DNA of 64,000 nucleotides from an uncultured Pelagibacteraceae bacterium. Its GTDB lineage: Bacteria > Pseudomonadota > Alphaproteobacteria > Pelagibacterales > Pelagibacteraceae. The translations under genes and the position numbers were made by a program. The notes below the pieces were generated by a model. That model did no database searches. It saw only the letters and a list, made by a program, of their open reading frames with translations, and was not told the origin of the DNA. Positions within the stretch are counted from its first letter, which is position 1. Each line of letters opens with the position of its first letter. This document shows, piece by piece, positions 1 to 9,310 of this stretch. The DNA is taken from positions 5,869-69,868 of the forward strand of contig CACBYE010000004.1 of the NCBI GenBank assembly GCA_902543375.1, written 5' to 3'.

Positions 1-22
1 TGGGTAGAGACACAAACATAAA

Positions 23-2095
23 ATGTCAGAATTTTTTTTAGAGTTGTTTAGTGAGGAAATACCTGCTGGACTACAGAAAAATTTAAGAGAAAAAATTTTT
101 GAGGATTTTAAAATTTTATTTGAGGAAAAATCAATTAAATCAAAAAAAAATTTTTCTTTTTCGACACCAAATAGATTAGTTTTAGTTTTTGAGGGCCTAG
201 ATAAACAAATCAAAATAAAATCCAAAGAGATAAAAGGCCCCAAAACCAGTGCTCCAGATCAAGCGTTAATGGGTTTTTTGAGATCAAACAAAATCAACAA
301 AGAGGATCTATTTAAAAAGAAAACTGAAAAGGATGAATTCTACTTTTACAAAACTGTAGCGACCTCACTTAGAACACATGATTTACTCACTGAATTTATT
401 CCAAAAATTTTAAATAATTACCAATGGAAAAAGTCAATGAAATGGGGTGAATTTGATTTAAATTGGGGAAGACCATTAAAGTCAATATTATCAATATTTG
501 ATAAAAGAATTATAAGTTTTAAATTTCACCATTTAGCTTCCACTAATCAGACTTTTTTAGATAAAGATTTTGAAGATAAAAAAAGATCCTTTGAAAATTT
601 TAAGAAATATGAAAAATTTTTTGAAAATAATGCAGTCATTATTAATCAGAATAAAAGATTAAAAATAATCAATAAATCTTTTTCAAAAATACTGGAAAAA
701 AAAGGGCTAAAAATTAATGAAAATCCTAAATTAATGGATGAGGTAGTAAATTTGGTAGATAGCCCAAATGTTTTATTATGCAAGTTTGATAAGAAATTTT
801 TATCAGTTCCCAAAGAGATTTTGACCTTAACAATGGAGTCTCATCAGAAATATTTTCCAACATTTAATGATAAAAATGAAATTACGAATGAATTTTTAAT
901 CGTAACAAATAAAAAAGACCAAAAAGGACTTATTAAAATTGGCAATGAAAGAGTGGTTGATGCAAGATTAAGTGATGCAGAATTTTTTTGGAATAAAGAC
1001 AAAACTCAAAATCTAGTTAAAAAGGTATCGGAATTAAAATCAATGAATTTTTTTAAAGGTCTTGGATCTTATTTTGACAAAGTTCAGCGAATGAGAAAAA
1101 TTGGTGGAATGATTTCAGATGACTTGTTGATTAGCAAAGAAAAAGTAGAATTGTTAGCATCAATCTGTAAGACCGATCTTACCTCTGATCTTGTTGGTGA
1201 ATTTCCTGAACTTCAAGGACTTATGGGAGGATATTTCTCTGAACATCAAGGATTTGATAAAGATATTTCTCTAGCTATTTCTCAGCAATATTTACCAATT
1301 GGTCTCAATTCAATAGTCCCCAAAAAACCATTCAGTGTTGCATTGTCGATTACAGACAAGATTGATACCTTAGTGGGCTTTTTTGGTATAAACGAGAAGC
1401 CTACAAGTTCAAAAGATCCATTAGCATTAAGAAGAATTGCTCTAGGTATAATAAGAACCATTATAGAAAACAAAAAGAATTTAAAAATAAATGATCTGAT
1501 GAATTACTCTTCACGCCTTTACGATGACCAAGGATATAATCTTGATAATAAAGATTTACAAAAAGAATTATATAATTTCTTAAAAGATAGATTTAGATAC
1601 TATCTTAAAGAAAAAGAAATACGTTATGATATAATCGAGGCTACTTTATCATCATTTTCATTAAATGAATTATTTTCATCTTTTGAAAAAGCAAAATGTC
1701 TAAACAAGGTAATTAAGAGTCAAATTGGCATTGATATCAATTCAAGTTATAAAAGGGCCTCAAACATATTAGACAGTGAAATGAAAAATAATGAAATTGA
1801 AATAAATGATACGACTGATCCTGGCATCTTTAAAACCGATTTTGAAAAAAATTTGTATAAAAAAATTAATGAAATAAAGAAATATTATTCATCTATAAAT
1901 AATGACGAGGACTATGTAAAATCATTATCAATTTTGGCTGAAATTAAAAAAGAAGTTTTTGAGTTTTTTGACAATGTAAAAGTAAATGAGGAAAACGAGA
2001 CCCTGAGAAAAAATCGTTTGGAACTTATTAATATGTTATGTAAAACGTTTCAAAATTATACTAATTTTCAAATGTTAAGAGCGCATAATGACTAA
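23..2095 (+). CDS. glyS: glycine--tRNA ligase beta subunit
   Basis: 690-aa ORF with the conserved GlyS N-terminus (LELFSEEIPAG) and internal HQKYFP and DAEFFW motifs. The 21 nt before it form an open frame ending in TAA that could be the glyQ 3' end. Confidence 0.9.
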   Translation: MSEFFLELFSEEIPAGLQKNLREKIFEDFKILFEEKSIKSKKNFSFSTPNRLVLVFEGLDKQIKIKSKEIKGPKTSAPDQALMGFLRSNKINKEDLFKKKTEKDEFYFYKTVATSLRTHDLLTEFIPKILNNYQWKKSMKWGEFDLNWGRPLKSILSIFDKRIISFKFHHLASTNQTFLDKDFEDKKRSFENFKKYEKFFENNAVIINQNKRLKIINKSFSKILEKKGLKINENPKLMDEVVNLVDSPNVLLCKFDKKFLSVPKEILTLTMESHQKYFPTFNDKNEITNEFLIVTNKKDQKGLIKIGNERVVDARLSDAEFFWNKDKTQNLVKKVSELKSMNFFKGLGSYFDKVQRMRKIGGMISDDLLISKEKVELLASICKTDLTSDLVGEFPELQGLMGGYFSEHQGFDKDISLAISQQYLPIGLNSIVPKKPFSVALSITDKIDTLVGFFGINEKPTSSKDPLALRRIALGIIRTIIENKKNLKINDLMNYSSRLYDDQGYNLDNKDLQKELYNFLKDRFRYYLKEKEIRYDIIEATLSSFSLNELFSSFEKAKCLNKVIKSQIGIDINSSYKRASNILDSEMKNNEIEINDTTDPGIFKTDFEKNLYKKINEIKKYYSSINNDEDYVKSLSILAEIKKEVFEFFDNVKVNEENETLRKNRLELINMLCKTFQNYTNFQMLRAHND

Positions 2096-4751
2096 ACTTA
2101 TTCTAAATTTTAATTCAAAAAACATAAAAAAAATTAAAAATCCTAAAAATTTTCTAGGCGGTAAAGGTGCTAACCTAGCTGAGATGGGAAGAATGGGCTT
2201 ACCAGTGCCACCTGGCTTCACTATTTCAACAAAAGTTTGTGATATATTTTACAATGATAAAAAGAGTTTAAATTCAAAAATAATTAGTCAAATCAAAAAA
2301 GAACTTAAGGTCATAGAAAAAGATGTGTCAAAAAAATTTGGAGATTTAAAAAATCCACTTCTTTTGTCTGTCAGATCAGGTGCAAGAGTGTCAATGCCTG
2401 GTATGATGGATACAATTCTTAATCTTGGACTTAACGACAAGACAGTTATAGCTTTAGCTAACCAAACATTAAATGAGAGATTCGCAAAAGACAGCTATAG
2501 AAGATTTATTCAAATGTATAGCAGCGTTGTTATGGGAGTTGAGAGCTACTTATTTGAGGAGTTGATAGAAAATTACAAATTAACTAAGGGCGTATTACTT
2601 GATACTGAATTAGACGAAAAAGACTGGGATGGTTTAATAAAAGATTTCAAAGACTTAGTTAAAGAAAAAACAAAAAAAGACTTTCCTCAAGATGTTTATA
2701 AACAATTGTTTGGGGCTATTAATGCAGTATTTTTATCATGGGAAAGTAATAGAGCAAAAGTTTATAGAAAACTAAATCAAATTCCATCAGAGTGGGGTAC
2801 AGCAGTTAATGTCCAATCTATGGTATTTGGAAACATGGGAAATGATTGTGCAACTGGGGTTGTATTCACACGAAATCCATCTGATGGTTCAAATGATGTA
2901 TATGGAGAATACCTTATTAATGCTCAGGGTGAAGATGTTGTCGCTGGAACTAGAACACCTCAATACATAACTACAAAAGCTAAAAATAAGGCGAAAGTAA
3001 GCGATCCATCAATGGAGGAGTCAATGCCAAAATTATACTCTGAATTAAACAAAATCCTAAAGAAATTAGAGAGACACTATAAAGATATGCAAGATGTAGA
3101 ATTTACAGTTGAAAATAATAAACTATGGATACTACAAACTCGCTCAGGAAAAAGAACTTCAAAGTCAGCAGTAAAGATTGCAGTCGATATGGTTAGAGAA
3201 AAGTTGATAACTAAAGATGAAGCTGTTTTACGAGTTGATCCAAATTCTTTAGATACGCTATTACATCCTACTTTGGATGAGAAAAGTTCAATTCAGGTAA
3301 TTGCAAATGGTCTGCCAGCATCACCAGGTGCAGCTAGTGGAAAAGTGGTTTTTACCTCTGAAGAGGCTGAAAGATTAAACAACATGATGCAAGATACAAT
3401 TTTGGTGAGAGTTGAAACCTCTCCAGAGGATATTCAAGGTATGCATGCAGCTAAAGGGATTTTGACAGCACGGGGAGGTATGACTAGTCATGCAGCCGTA
3501 GTAGCAAGAGGCATGGGAAGACCTTGCGTTTCTGGGTCAAGTGAGATTGATATTCAATATGATAAAAAAACTTTTAAAACATCCTCAAATGAAATTAAAG
3601 AAGGTGACACAATCACAATTGATGGTTCAACTGGAAGAGTAATTCTAGGTTCTGTTCCAACGGTCAAACCAGAAATATCTGGAGATTTTTCTAAATTAAT
3701 GAGATGGGCTGATAATGTCAGAAAATTGAAAATTCGAACAAATTCTGAAACTCCACAAGATACCAAAACAGCTAGAGATTTTGGTGCTGAAGGAATAGGT
3801 CTATGTAGAACTGAACATATGTTTTTTGATGAAGAAAGAATTTTATCTGTAAGAGAGATGATTTTGTCAAAAACGTACGAGGATCGAACTAAGGCTTTAA
3901 AAAAATTATTACCTCATCAGAAAAATGATTTCATCGAAATTTTTAAGATAATGCAGGGCCTTCCAGTTACAGTCAGATTACTTGATCCACCGCTTCATGA
4001 GTTCTTGCCAAAATCAGAAAAAGAAATTTCAGAAGTTGCTGATGTAGTCGGTGCTGACAAAAAAGAGGTGGTGTCTAGAATAGAAGAACTTCATGAACAA
4101 AATCCAATGTTAGGACATAGAGGGTGCAGATTGGGTATCTCATTTCCTGAAATTTACGAAATGCAGTGCAGGGCAATTTTTGAAGCCTTATCTGATTTAA
4201 AAAAAAAGAAACAAAAAACAGCTATTCCTGAAATTATGATTCCACTTGTTTCAACAGAAGCAGAGATAGAAATAATGAAAGATCTTGTAATAAAAACTGC
4301 GAAAAAAGTGCAAGATGAAAATAAAATTAAAATAGCATTTTTAGTCGGAACAATGATTGAATTGCCAAGAGCAGCAATAAAAGCACACGATATAGCTAAA
4401 CATGCAGAGTTTTTTAGTTTTGGAACAAACGATTTAACACAGACTACATTTGGTATTAGTAGAGATGATAGTGGTAAATTTTTAAATGACTATATTGATA
4501 ATAAAATTTTCATAATTGATCCATTTGTCTCTATAGATGATGGGGTAAAAGATTTAGTAAAAATTGCAGTTGAAAAAGGGAAAAAGCAAAACAATAAAAT
4601 AAAATTAGGAATTTGCGGCGAACATGGAGGGGACCCAGAGAGTATTAATTTTTGTTCAAAGATTGGACTAGATTATGTATCATGTTCACCATACAGAGTA
4701 CCAATTGCCAGATTAGCAGCTGCACAAGCTGAATTAAATAATAAAGATTAG
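2088..4751 (+). CDS. ppdK: pyruvate, phosphate dikinase
   Basis: 887 aa. ATP-grasp N-terminus GGKGANLAEM, phospho-His loop GGMTSHAAVVARGMG, and a C-terminal PEP-utilising barrel with LGICGEHGGDP. Overlaps glyS by 8 nt. Confidence 0.95.
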   Translation: MTKLILNFNSKNIKKIKNPKNFLGGKGANLAEMGRMGLPVPPGFTISTKVCDIFYNDKKSLNSKIISQIKKELKVIEKDVSKKFGDLKNPLLLSVRSGARVSMPGMMDTILNLGLNDKTVIALANQTLNERFAKDSYRRFIQMYSSVVMGVESYLFEELIENYKLTKGVLLDTELDEKDWDGLIKDFKDLVKEKTKKDFPQDVYKQLFGAINAVFLSWESNRAKVYRKLNQIPSEWGTAVNVQSMVFGNMGNDCATGVVFTRNPSDGSNDVYGEYLINAQGEDVVAGTRTPQYITTKAKNKAKVSDPSMEESMPKLYSELNKILKKLERHYKDMQDVEFTVENNKLWILQTRSGKRTSKSAVKIAVDMVREKLITKDEAVLRVDPNSLDTLLHPTLDEKSSIQVIANGLPASPGAASGKVVFTSEEAERLNNMMQDTILVRVETSPEDIQGMHAAKGILTARGGMTSHAAVVARGMGRPCVSGSSEIDIQYDKKTFKTSSNEIKEGDTITIDGSTGRVILGSVPTVKPEISGDFSKLMRWADNVRKLKIRTNSETPQDTKTARDFGAEGIGLCRTEHMFFDEERILSVREMILSKTYEDRTKALKKLLPHQKNDFIEIFKIMQGLPVTVRLLDPPLHEFLPKSEKEISEVADVVGADKKEVVSRIEELHEQNPMLGHRGCRLGISFPEIYEMQCRAIFEALSDLKKKKQKTAIPEIMIPLVSTEAEIEIMKDLVIKTAKKVQDENKIKIAFLVGTMIELPRAAIKAHDIAKHAEFFSFGTNDLTQTTFGISRDDSGKFLNDYIDNKIFIIDPFVSIDDGVKDLVKIAVEKGKKQNNKIKLGICGEHGGDPESINFCSKIGLDYVSCSPYRVPIARLAAAQAELNNKD

Positions 4752-4767
4752 TATTTTTTTAAATAAT

Positions 4768-5601
4768 TTAAGCTTCAATTTTAAAGTCGATGGCTGAGGC
4801 ACTATGAGTGAGACTCCCTATGGAGATTCTATCTACACCAGTTTTAGCAACTGATTTGATATTTCTCACGTTAATATTTCCTGAAGCTTCAGTTTCATAA
4901 TTTTTTTTTGCAAGCTTTACTCCAACCTTTAGGTTTTTGATATTCATATTATCAAATAAAACAGTGTCAAATTTTAGTCCATTTATCTCTTTTAATTGTC
5001 TTAGGCTATCTACTTCAACAGTAATTTTTTTTCTTTTTTTATTTTGAATAGCCAAAGAGACTAATTCTTTAATATTTGAGCTAGCAATATGATTATCTTT
5101 GATTAAGTATTCATCACTTAAATTAAATCTATGATTCGTGCCACCACCCAATTTAACAGCATATTTTTGAATTACCCTTAAGTTTGGAATAGTTTTCCTT
5201 GTGCAACAAATTTTGCATTTTTTGCCCACTAGTCTTACAAATTTATTTGTTTTTGTAGCAATGCCAGATAGATGAGACAAGAAATTTAGGGCAACCCTTT
5301 CTGCAATCAAAATATTTTGGGCATTCCCTTCTATAATTGCAATCAATGATTTCTTTCTAGCAAATGTCCCATCTTTTTTCTTTATTATAAATTTTATACT
5401 TTTATCTATTAGAGAAAAACTGTCTTTAGCAAATAAAAGACCAGCTATGACTGCATCTTGATTCAATATCAGTTTTAACTTTATTGTTTTATTGTTTTGA
5501 ACAAGGTTTGAGGTTATATCTCCTGATGGGTATAAATCCTCATTTAGTGCGAGCTTTACAGTATTTCTTATAAAATTTTTACTAAGTTTTATTTCAGACA
5601 C
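4768..5601 (-). CDS. nadC: nicotinate-nucleotide (quinolinate) pyrophosphorylase
   Basis: 277 aa. QPRTase motifs TRKT..LR...KYAV..GGG.NHR..L.D..LIKDNH. Adjacent to nadA. Confidence 0.9.
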   Translation of the reverse strand: MSEIKLSKNFIRNTVKLALNEDLYPSGDITSNLVQNNKTIKLKLILNQDAVIAGLLFAKDSFSLIDKSIKFIIKKKDGTFARKKSLIAIIEGNAQNILIAERVALNFLSHLSGIATKTNKFVRLVGKKCKICCTRKTIPNLRVIQKYAVKLGGGTNHRFNLSDEYLIKDNHIASSNIKELVSLAIQNKKRKKITVEVDSLRQLKEINGLKFDTVLFDNMNIKNLKVGVKLAKKNYETEASGNINVRNIKSVAKTGVDRISIGSLTHSASAIDFKIEA

Positions 5602-5607
5602 AAAAAG

Positions 5608-6612
5608 CTATCTACCAATAGCAACCATTTTTTCTACAGATAATCTAGCTTTATTGATAGTCTCTTGATCCATAACTATTTCACCAGTTTCATTTTCTAA
5701 ACAATCTAGTATTTTTGGTAGAGTTATTTTTTTCATGTGAGGGCACATATTGCAGGGTTTAATAAATTCTACATTAGGATTTTCTATTTGAATATTATCG
5801 CTCATGGAACATTCAGTTACCATCATAACTTTTTCTGGCTGATTATCTCTAACATAATTTATCATACCTGAGGTCGAGCCAGCAAAATCACTCACTTTAA
5901 TAACTTCTGGCGGACATTCTGGATGTGCAATTATTTTTATCCCAGGGTTATTTTTTCTAATATCTATTATTTCATTTTCATTAAATTGATCATGTACAAT
6001 ACAAATTCCTTTCCAGGAAATTATCTCAACATTTGTCTGAGATGCAACATATTTAGCTAAATAATCATCAGGTAGGAAAATTACTTTTTTAGCTCCTAAA
6101 GATTTTACAATTTTAACAGCATTAGCTGATGTACAACACACGTCTGTTTCTGCTTTAACGTCTGCAGATGTATTCACATATGAAACAACTGGTACTCCCG
6201 GATATTTTTCTTTTAATAATCTAACATCTTTTCCAGTGATAGATGATGAAAGAGAGCATCCAGCAGCCATATCTGGTAATAAAACTTTTTTATTTGGATT
6301 CATTAATTTTGCTGTCTCTGCCATAAAATGAACTCCAGCCATTATAATTATATGAGCAGAAGTTTTTGATGCTTCAATTGCAAGCGCTAAGGAGTCCGCT
6401 GAAAAATCAGCAATCCCATGATAAATTTCAGGTGTTTGATAATTGTGAGCTAGTATTACTGCATTCTTCTCTTTTTTTAGCTTATTAATTTTATAGATGT
6501 ATGGGGCGTGCACTGACCACTCTATCTCGGGCATCACCTTTGAAATCTTTTTATATATTGGATCAGTTGCTTTTTTTACTTCTTGATTAAATTCCATATA
6601 AAAATTTATCAA
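5608..6612 (-). CDS. nadA: quinolinate synthase A
   Basis: 334 aa. Motifs ILAHNYQ, GVHFMAET and conserved Cys residues for the 4Fe-4S cluster. The start could instead be the second Met (MEFNQ). Confidence 0.9.
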   Translation of the reverse strand: MINFYMEFNQEVKKATDPIYKKISKVMPEIEWSVHAPYIYKINKLKKEKNAVILAHNYQTPEIYHGIADFSADSLALAIEASKTSAHIIIMAGVHFMAETAKLMNPNKKVLLPDMAAGCSLSSSITGKDVRLLKEKYPGVPVVSYVNTSADVKAETDVCCTSANAVKIVKSLGAKKVIFLPDDYLAKYVASQTNVEIISWKGICIVHDQFNENEIIDIRKNNPGIKIIAHPECPPEVIKVSDFAGSTSGMINYVRDNQPEKVMMVTECSMSDNIQIENPNVEFIKPCNMCPHMKKITLPKILDCLENETGEIVMDQETINKARLSVEKMVAIGR

Positions 6613-6653
6613 TTTGAAACCTACTTGTCATTGATTTAATGTGGGTCATATTT

Positions 6654-6739
6654 GCGGCCATGCTGAAATTGGTAGACAGGCACGGTTGAGGGCCGTGTGG
6701 ACCTAGTCCATGAGAGTTCGAGTCTCTCTGGCCGCACCA
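6654..6739 (+). tRNA. tRNA-Leu, anticodon GAG, with encoded CCA
   Basis: Hand-folded cloverleaf. Acceptor GCGGCCA/TGGCCGC, D arm CTG-AAATTGGTAGA-CAG, anticodon stem CACGG/CCGTG with loop TTGAGGG. It has a long variable arm TGGACCTAGTCCAT (class II), T arm GAGAG-TTCGAGT-CTCTC, discriminator A and a CCA tail. Confidence 0.9.
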
Positions 6740-6744
6740 AAAAG

Positions 6745-7632
6745 TTAAATTTTTAGCCATTCAGGAACATTAATTCTAAAAGATCCTTTTTTGCATTTAA
6801 ATATCTGATTTTTGTCAAAATTTTTATCTAAATATTTTATTAGAGCAAATGGATATTCTTTATTAATTAAGATTTTGCCAATCTCCACATCGTTATTTAT
6901 TATACTTTCACCATCATCTAACTGTCCATTAATTACTTCAATTGGTAGCAACCTTTTGGATAGTTTATTTTTTAGTTTAATTCTAGCTGTATTTTCCTGA
7001 CCAACATAACAACCTTTTTTAAAATCAATACCATTTAATTCCTCAAAATTACACTCTATACCGAATAATTTATTTTTTAATTTATTTAAGTCTTTTGGAA
7101 CTATTCCAAGTTTATGACTTTGAGCATAATAATTTTCAATCTTATTGTCTTTTAAATCAAGTTTTTTCAAAGATAAGTAAAGTTTTTCTAAATTGATAAC
7201 TAATCTAGCACCTAAATTTTTATTTCTTGGATCTAAAATGATCGGATCTTCTCTATACTTAAAAGTAAAACCTAAAACGTCCTTTGATCCTTCAATAGAT
7301 AAATATTTTTCATATCCAAAAGTTGCAACAACAAATTCATTACTTAAGTTGAGAATTTCTACTTTCGATCTTATTTTGTATAAATTTAATTGTTTAAATA
7401 TTTCTTCAGATTGTGACTTTTCACAATCAATAAAATAACCAGACTTATGTTTTATAATTATAAATTCGTATAAAAATTTTCCTTGTGGTGTTAATAAAGA
7501 TGCAAAACAACTATGACTATCATTAACTTTATCAACATCGTTACTGATAAGATTTTGAAGAAAATTTTTAGCATCAGAGCCATTTATGTAGAGTATGGAT
7601 CTGTCTTTTAATATATAAACGCTGTTATTCAT
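6745..7632 (-). CDS. ygfZ: folate-binding YgfZ / GcvT-like protein (Fe-S cluster repair or tRNA modification)
   Basis: YgfZ signature KGCYVGQE near the C-terminus and a GcvT-like fold pattern. The ORF track extends to 7695, but Met at 7632 (MNNSVYILKDRS) is the likelier start because it removes the overlap with divergent pyrC. Confidence 0.75.
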   Translation of the reverse strand: MNNSVYILKDRSILYINGSDAKNFLQNLISNDVDKVNDSHSCFASLLTPQGKFLYEFIIIKHKSGYFIDCEKSQSEEIFKQLNLYKIRSKVEILNLSNEFVVATFGYEKYLSIEGSKDVLGFTFKYREDPIILDPRNKNLGARLVINLEKLYLSLKKLDLKDNKIENYYAQSHKLGIVPKDLNKLKNKLFGIECNFEELNGIDFKKGCYVGQENTARIKLKNKLSKRLLPIEVINGQLDDGESIINNDVEIGKILINKEYPFALIKYLDKNFDKNQIFKCKKGSFRINVPEWLKI

Positions 7633-7675
7633 GTTTGATTGATAGTCGTTTTTAATATAATAACTTTTTTTATAA

Positions 7676-8983
7676 ATGTTAGATCTAATAATCAAAAATG
7701 GGCAATGTTATATCAATGGACAATTAGAAAATAAGGATATTTCGGTAAAAGATGGTAAAATTTTAAAGATTGGTGAGATCTCTGAGGATGCTAAAGAAAT
7801 TTATGATGCAAAAAGTCAAACAGTTTTACCTGGTTGTATAGATACTCAAACTCATTTTAGAGAACCGGGTTCAACTGATACTGAAGATCTAAATTCTGGA
7901 AGTAGGGCTGCGGTCGCAGGAGGTATAACGGCTGTATTTGAAATGCCCAACACTAATCCTCCAACATCAAACATAAAAGAATTTCAAAGAAAGTTAGATC
8001 TTGCAAAAAATAGAATGTACTGCAATTATGCTTTTTATTTTGGTGCAACTGCTGACAACGTCAGTCAACTAGCAGAATTAAAAAACTTGGAAGGTTGCTG
8101 TGGTATTAAGTTATTTGCTGGTTCTTCAACTGGAAATCTTTTAGTAGCTGATGAAAAAGATATTGATAAAGTTTTTCAGAATAGTTCAAAAGTTGTAGCA
8201 GTTCATTCAGAAGATGAGGCGATTTTAGAATTAAACAAAAAATTAATTAAAAATGGAGATGTTCATTCTCATCCAGTTTGGAGGAGTGAGGAATGTGCTA
8301 TGTCATCAACAAGAAGAATTGTAAGAATTGCAAAGCAATATAACAAAAAAGCTCACGTGCTTCATATATCAACAAAGCAAGAAATAGATTTTTTATCTCA
8401 GCATAAAGGAAACATTACTTTTGAAATTACGCCCCAACACTTAACTATTTATGCGCCAGACTGTTATGACAAGCTTGGTACATATGCTCAAATGAATCCC
8501 CCTATAAGAGATAAATCTCATTATGATAGATTTTGGTATGCGGTGAAAAATAATTTGAACGATACAATTGGATCAGATCATGCTCCACATCTAAAAGTTA
8601 ATAAAGAAAAAGAGTATCCTAGTTCACCCTCAGGAATGCCTGGTGTTCAAACTTTAATACCCGTTATGCTAAATCATGTAAACGACGGTAAATTATCTCT
8701 CACCCAATTAATTAATCTTGTATGTGAAAATCCAGTTAAAATTTTTGGAATAAAGAATAAAGGATTTATTAAAGAGGGTTATGACGCCGATTTTACTGTT
8801 GTAGATATGAATAGAACAATTCAAATTAAAAACGAAAATATCGAGAGTAAGTGTGGATGGTCGCCTTTTAATGGATTTGAATTTAAGGGTACTCCAGTGG
8901 CAACTATTATAGCCGGAAAAATAAAAATGAAAGATGGCACAATTTTAGGGGAACCCGAGGGAAATCCTTTAGCGTTTAGCTAA
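7676..8983 (+). CDS. pyrC: dihydroorotase (amidohydrolase superfamily, long type)
   Basis: 435 aa. Metal-binding DTQTHFREPG near the N-terminus and a later GSDHAPH motif. Length fits the dihydroorotase/allantoinase class. Confidence 0.8.
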   Translation: MLDLIIKNGQCYINGQLENKDISVKDGKILKIGEISEDAKEIYDAKSQTVLPGCIDTQTHFREPGSTDTEDLNSGSRAAVAGGITAVFEMPNTNPPTSNIKEFQRKLDLAKNRMYCNYAFYFGATADNVSQLAELKNLEGCCGIKLFAGSSTGNLLVADEKDIDKVFQNSSKVVAVHSEDEAILELNKKLIKNGDVHSHPVWRSEECAMSSTRRIVRIAKQYNKKAHVLHISTKQEIDFLSQHKGNITFEITPQHLTIYAPDCYDKLGTYAQMNPPIRDKSHYDRFWYAVKNNLNDTIGSDHAPHLKVNKEKEYPSSPSGMPGVQTLIPVMLNHVNDGKLSLTQLINLVCENPVKIFGIKNKGFIKEGYDADFTVVDMNRTIQIKNENIESKCGWSPFNGFEFKGTPVATIIAGKIKMKDGTILGEPEGNPLAFS

Positions 8984-9308
8984 TTTTTCCAGTAAAACTA
9001 TTCACCAATATTACACCAATCACAATTAAGAATAATCCGACAATTGCTTGCCAAGCTAAGGTTTGTTTAAAAAAAATGTAACCTAGTATTGCAATAGTAA
9101 ATATACCAAGGCCACTCCAGGTGGCATAAACAATTGCAATTGGTAATTTGTTCACAACAAAAGTTAGAAAATAAAATGCGGTTAAATAAAATGCAGCTAA
9201 GGCAAAAGTCGGTAAAATCCTGGTAAAATTTTGGGATACTGGCAATAACATTGTTCCAGCAACTTCACAAAAAATTGCCCCAACTAGGAATAAATACGTT
9301 TTTAACAC
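8976..9308 (-). CDS. small multidrug resistance (SMR) family transporter
   Basis: 110 aa with four predicted TM helices. A membrane-embedded Glu sits in TM1 (AIFCEVAGT), as in EmrE/SugE. Confidence 0.8.
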   Translation of the reverse strand: MLKTYLFLVGAIFCEVAGTMLLPVSQNFTRILPTFALAAFYLTAFYFLTFVVNKLPIAIVYATWSGLGIFTIAILGYIFFKQTLAWQAIVGLFLIVIGVILVNSFTGKIS

Positions 9309-9310
9309 TA

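Noticed and set aside
6613-6744. tRNA-Leu as a possible integration hotspot or island boundary
   Set aside because: No integrase is present and I saw no repeat of the tRNA 3' end. Both flanks carry core genes (nadA, ygfZ). TTGAAA-17-TAATGT upstream looks like an ordinary tRNA promoter.
7633-7695. Longer N-terminus of ygfZ overlapping the pyrC start
   Set aside because: The extension (MIIRSNIYKKSYYIKNDYQSN) is low-complexity and would overlap the divergent pyrC gene. The internal Met at 7632 gives a family-typical N-terminus.
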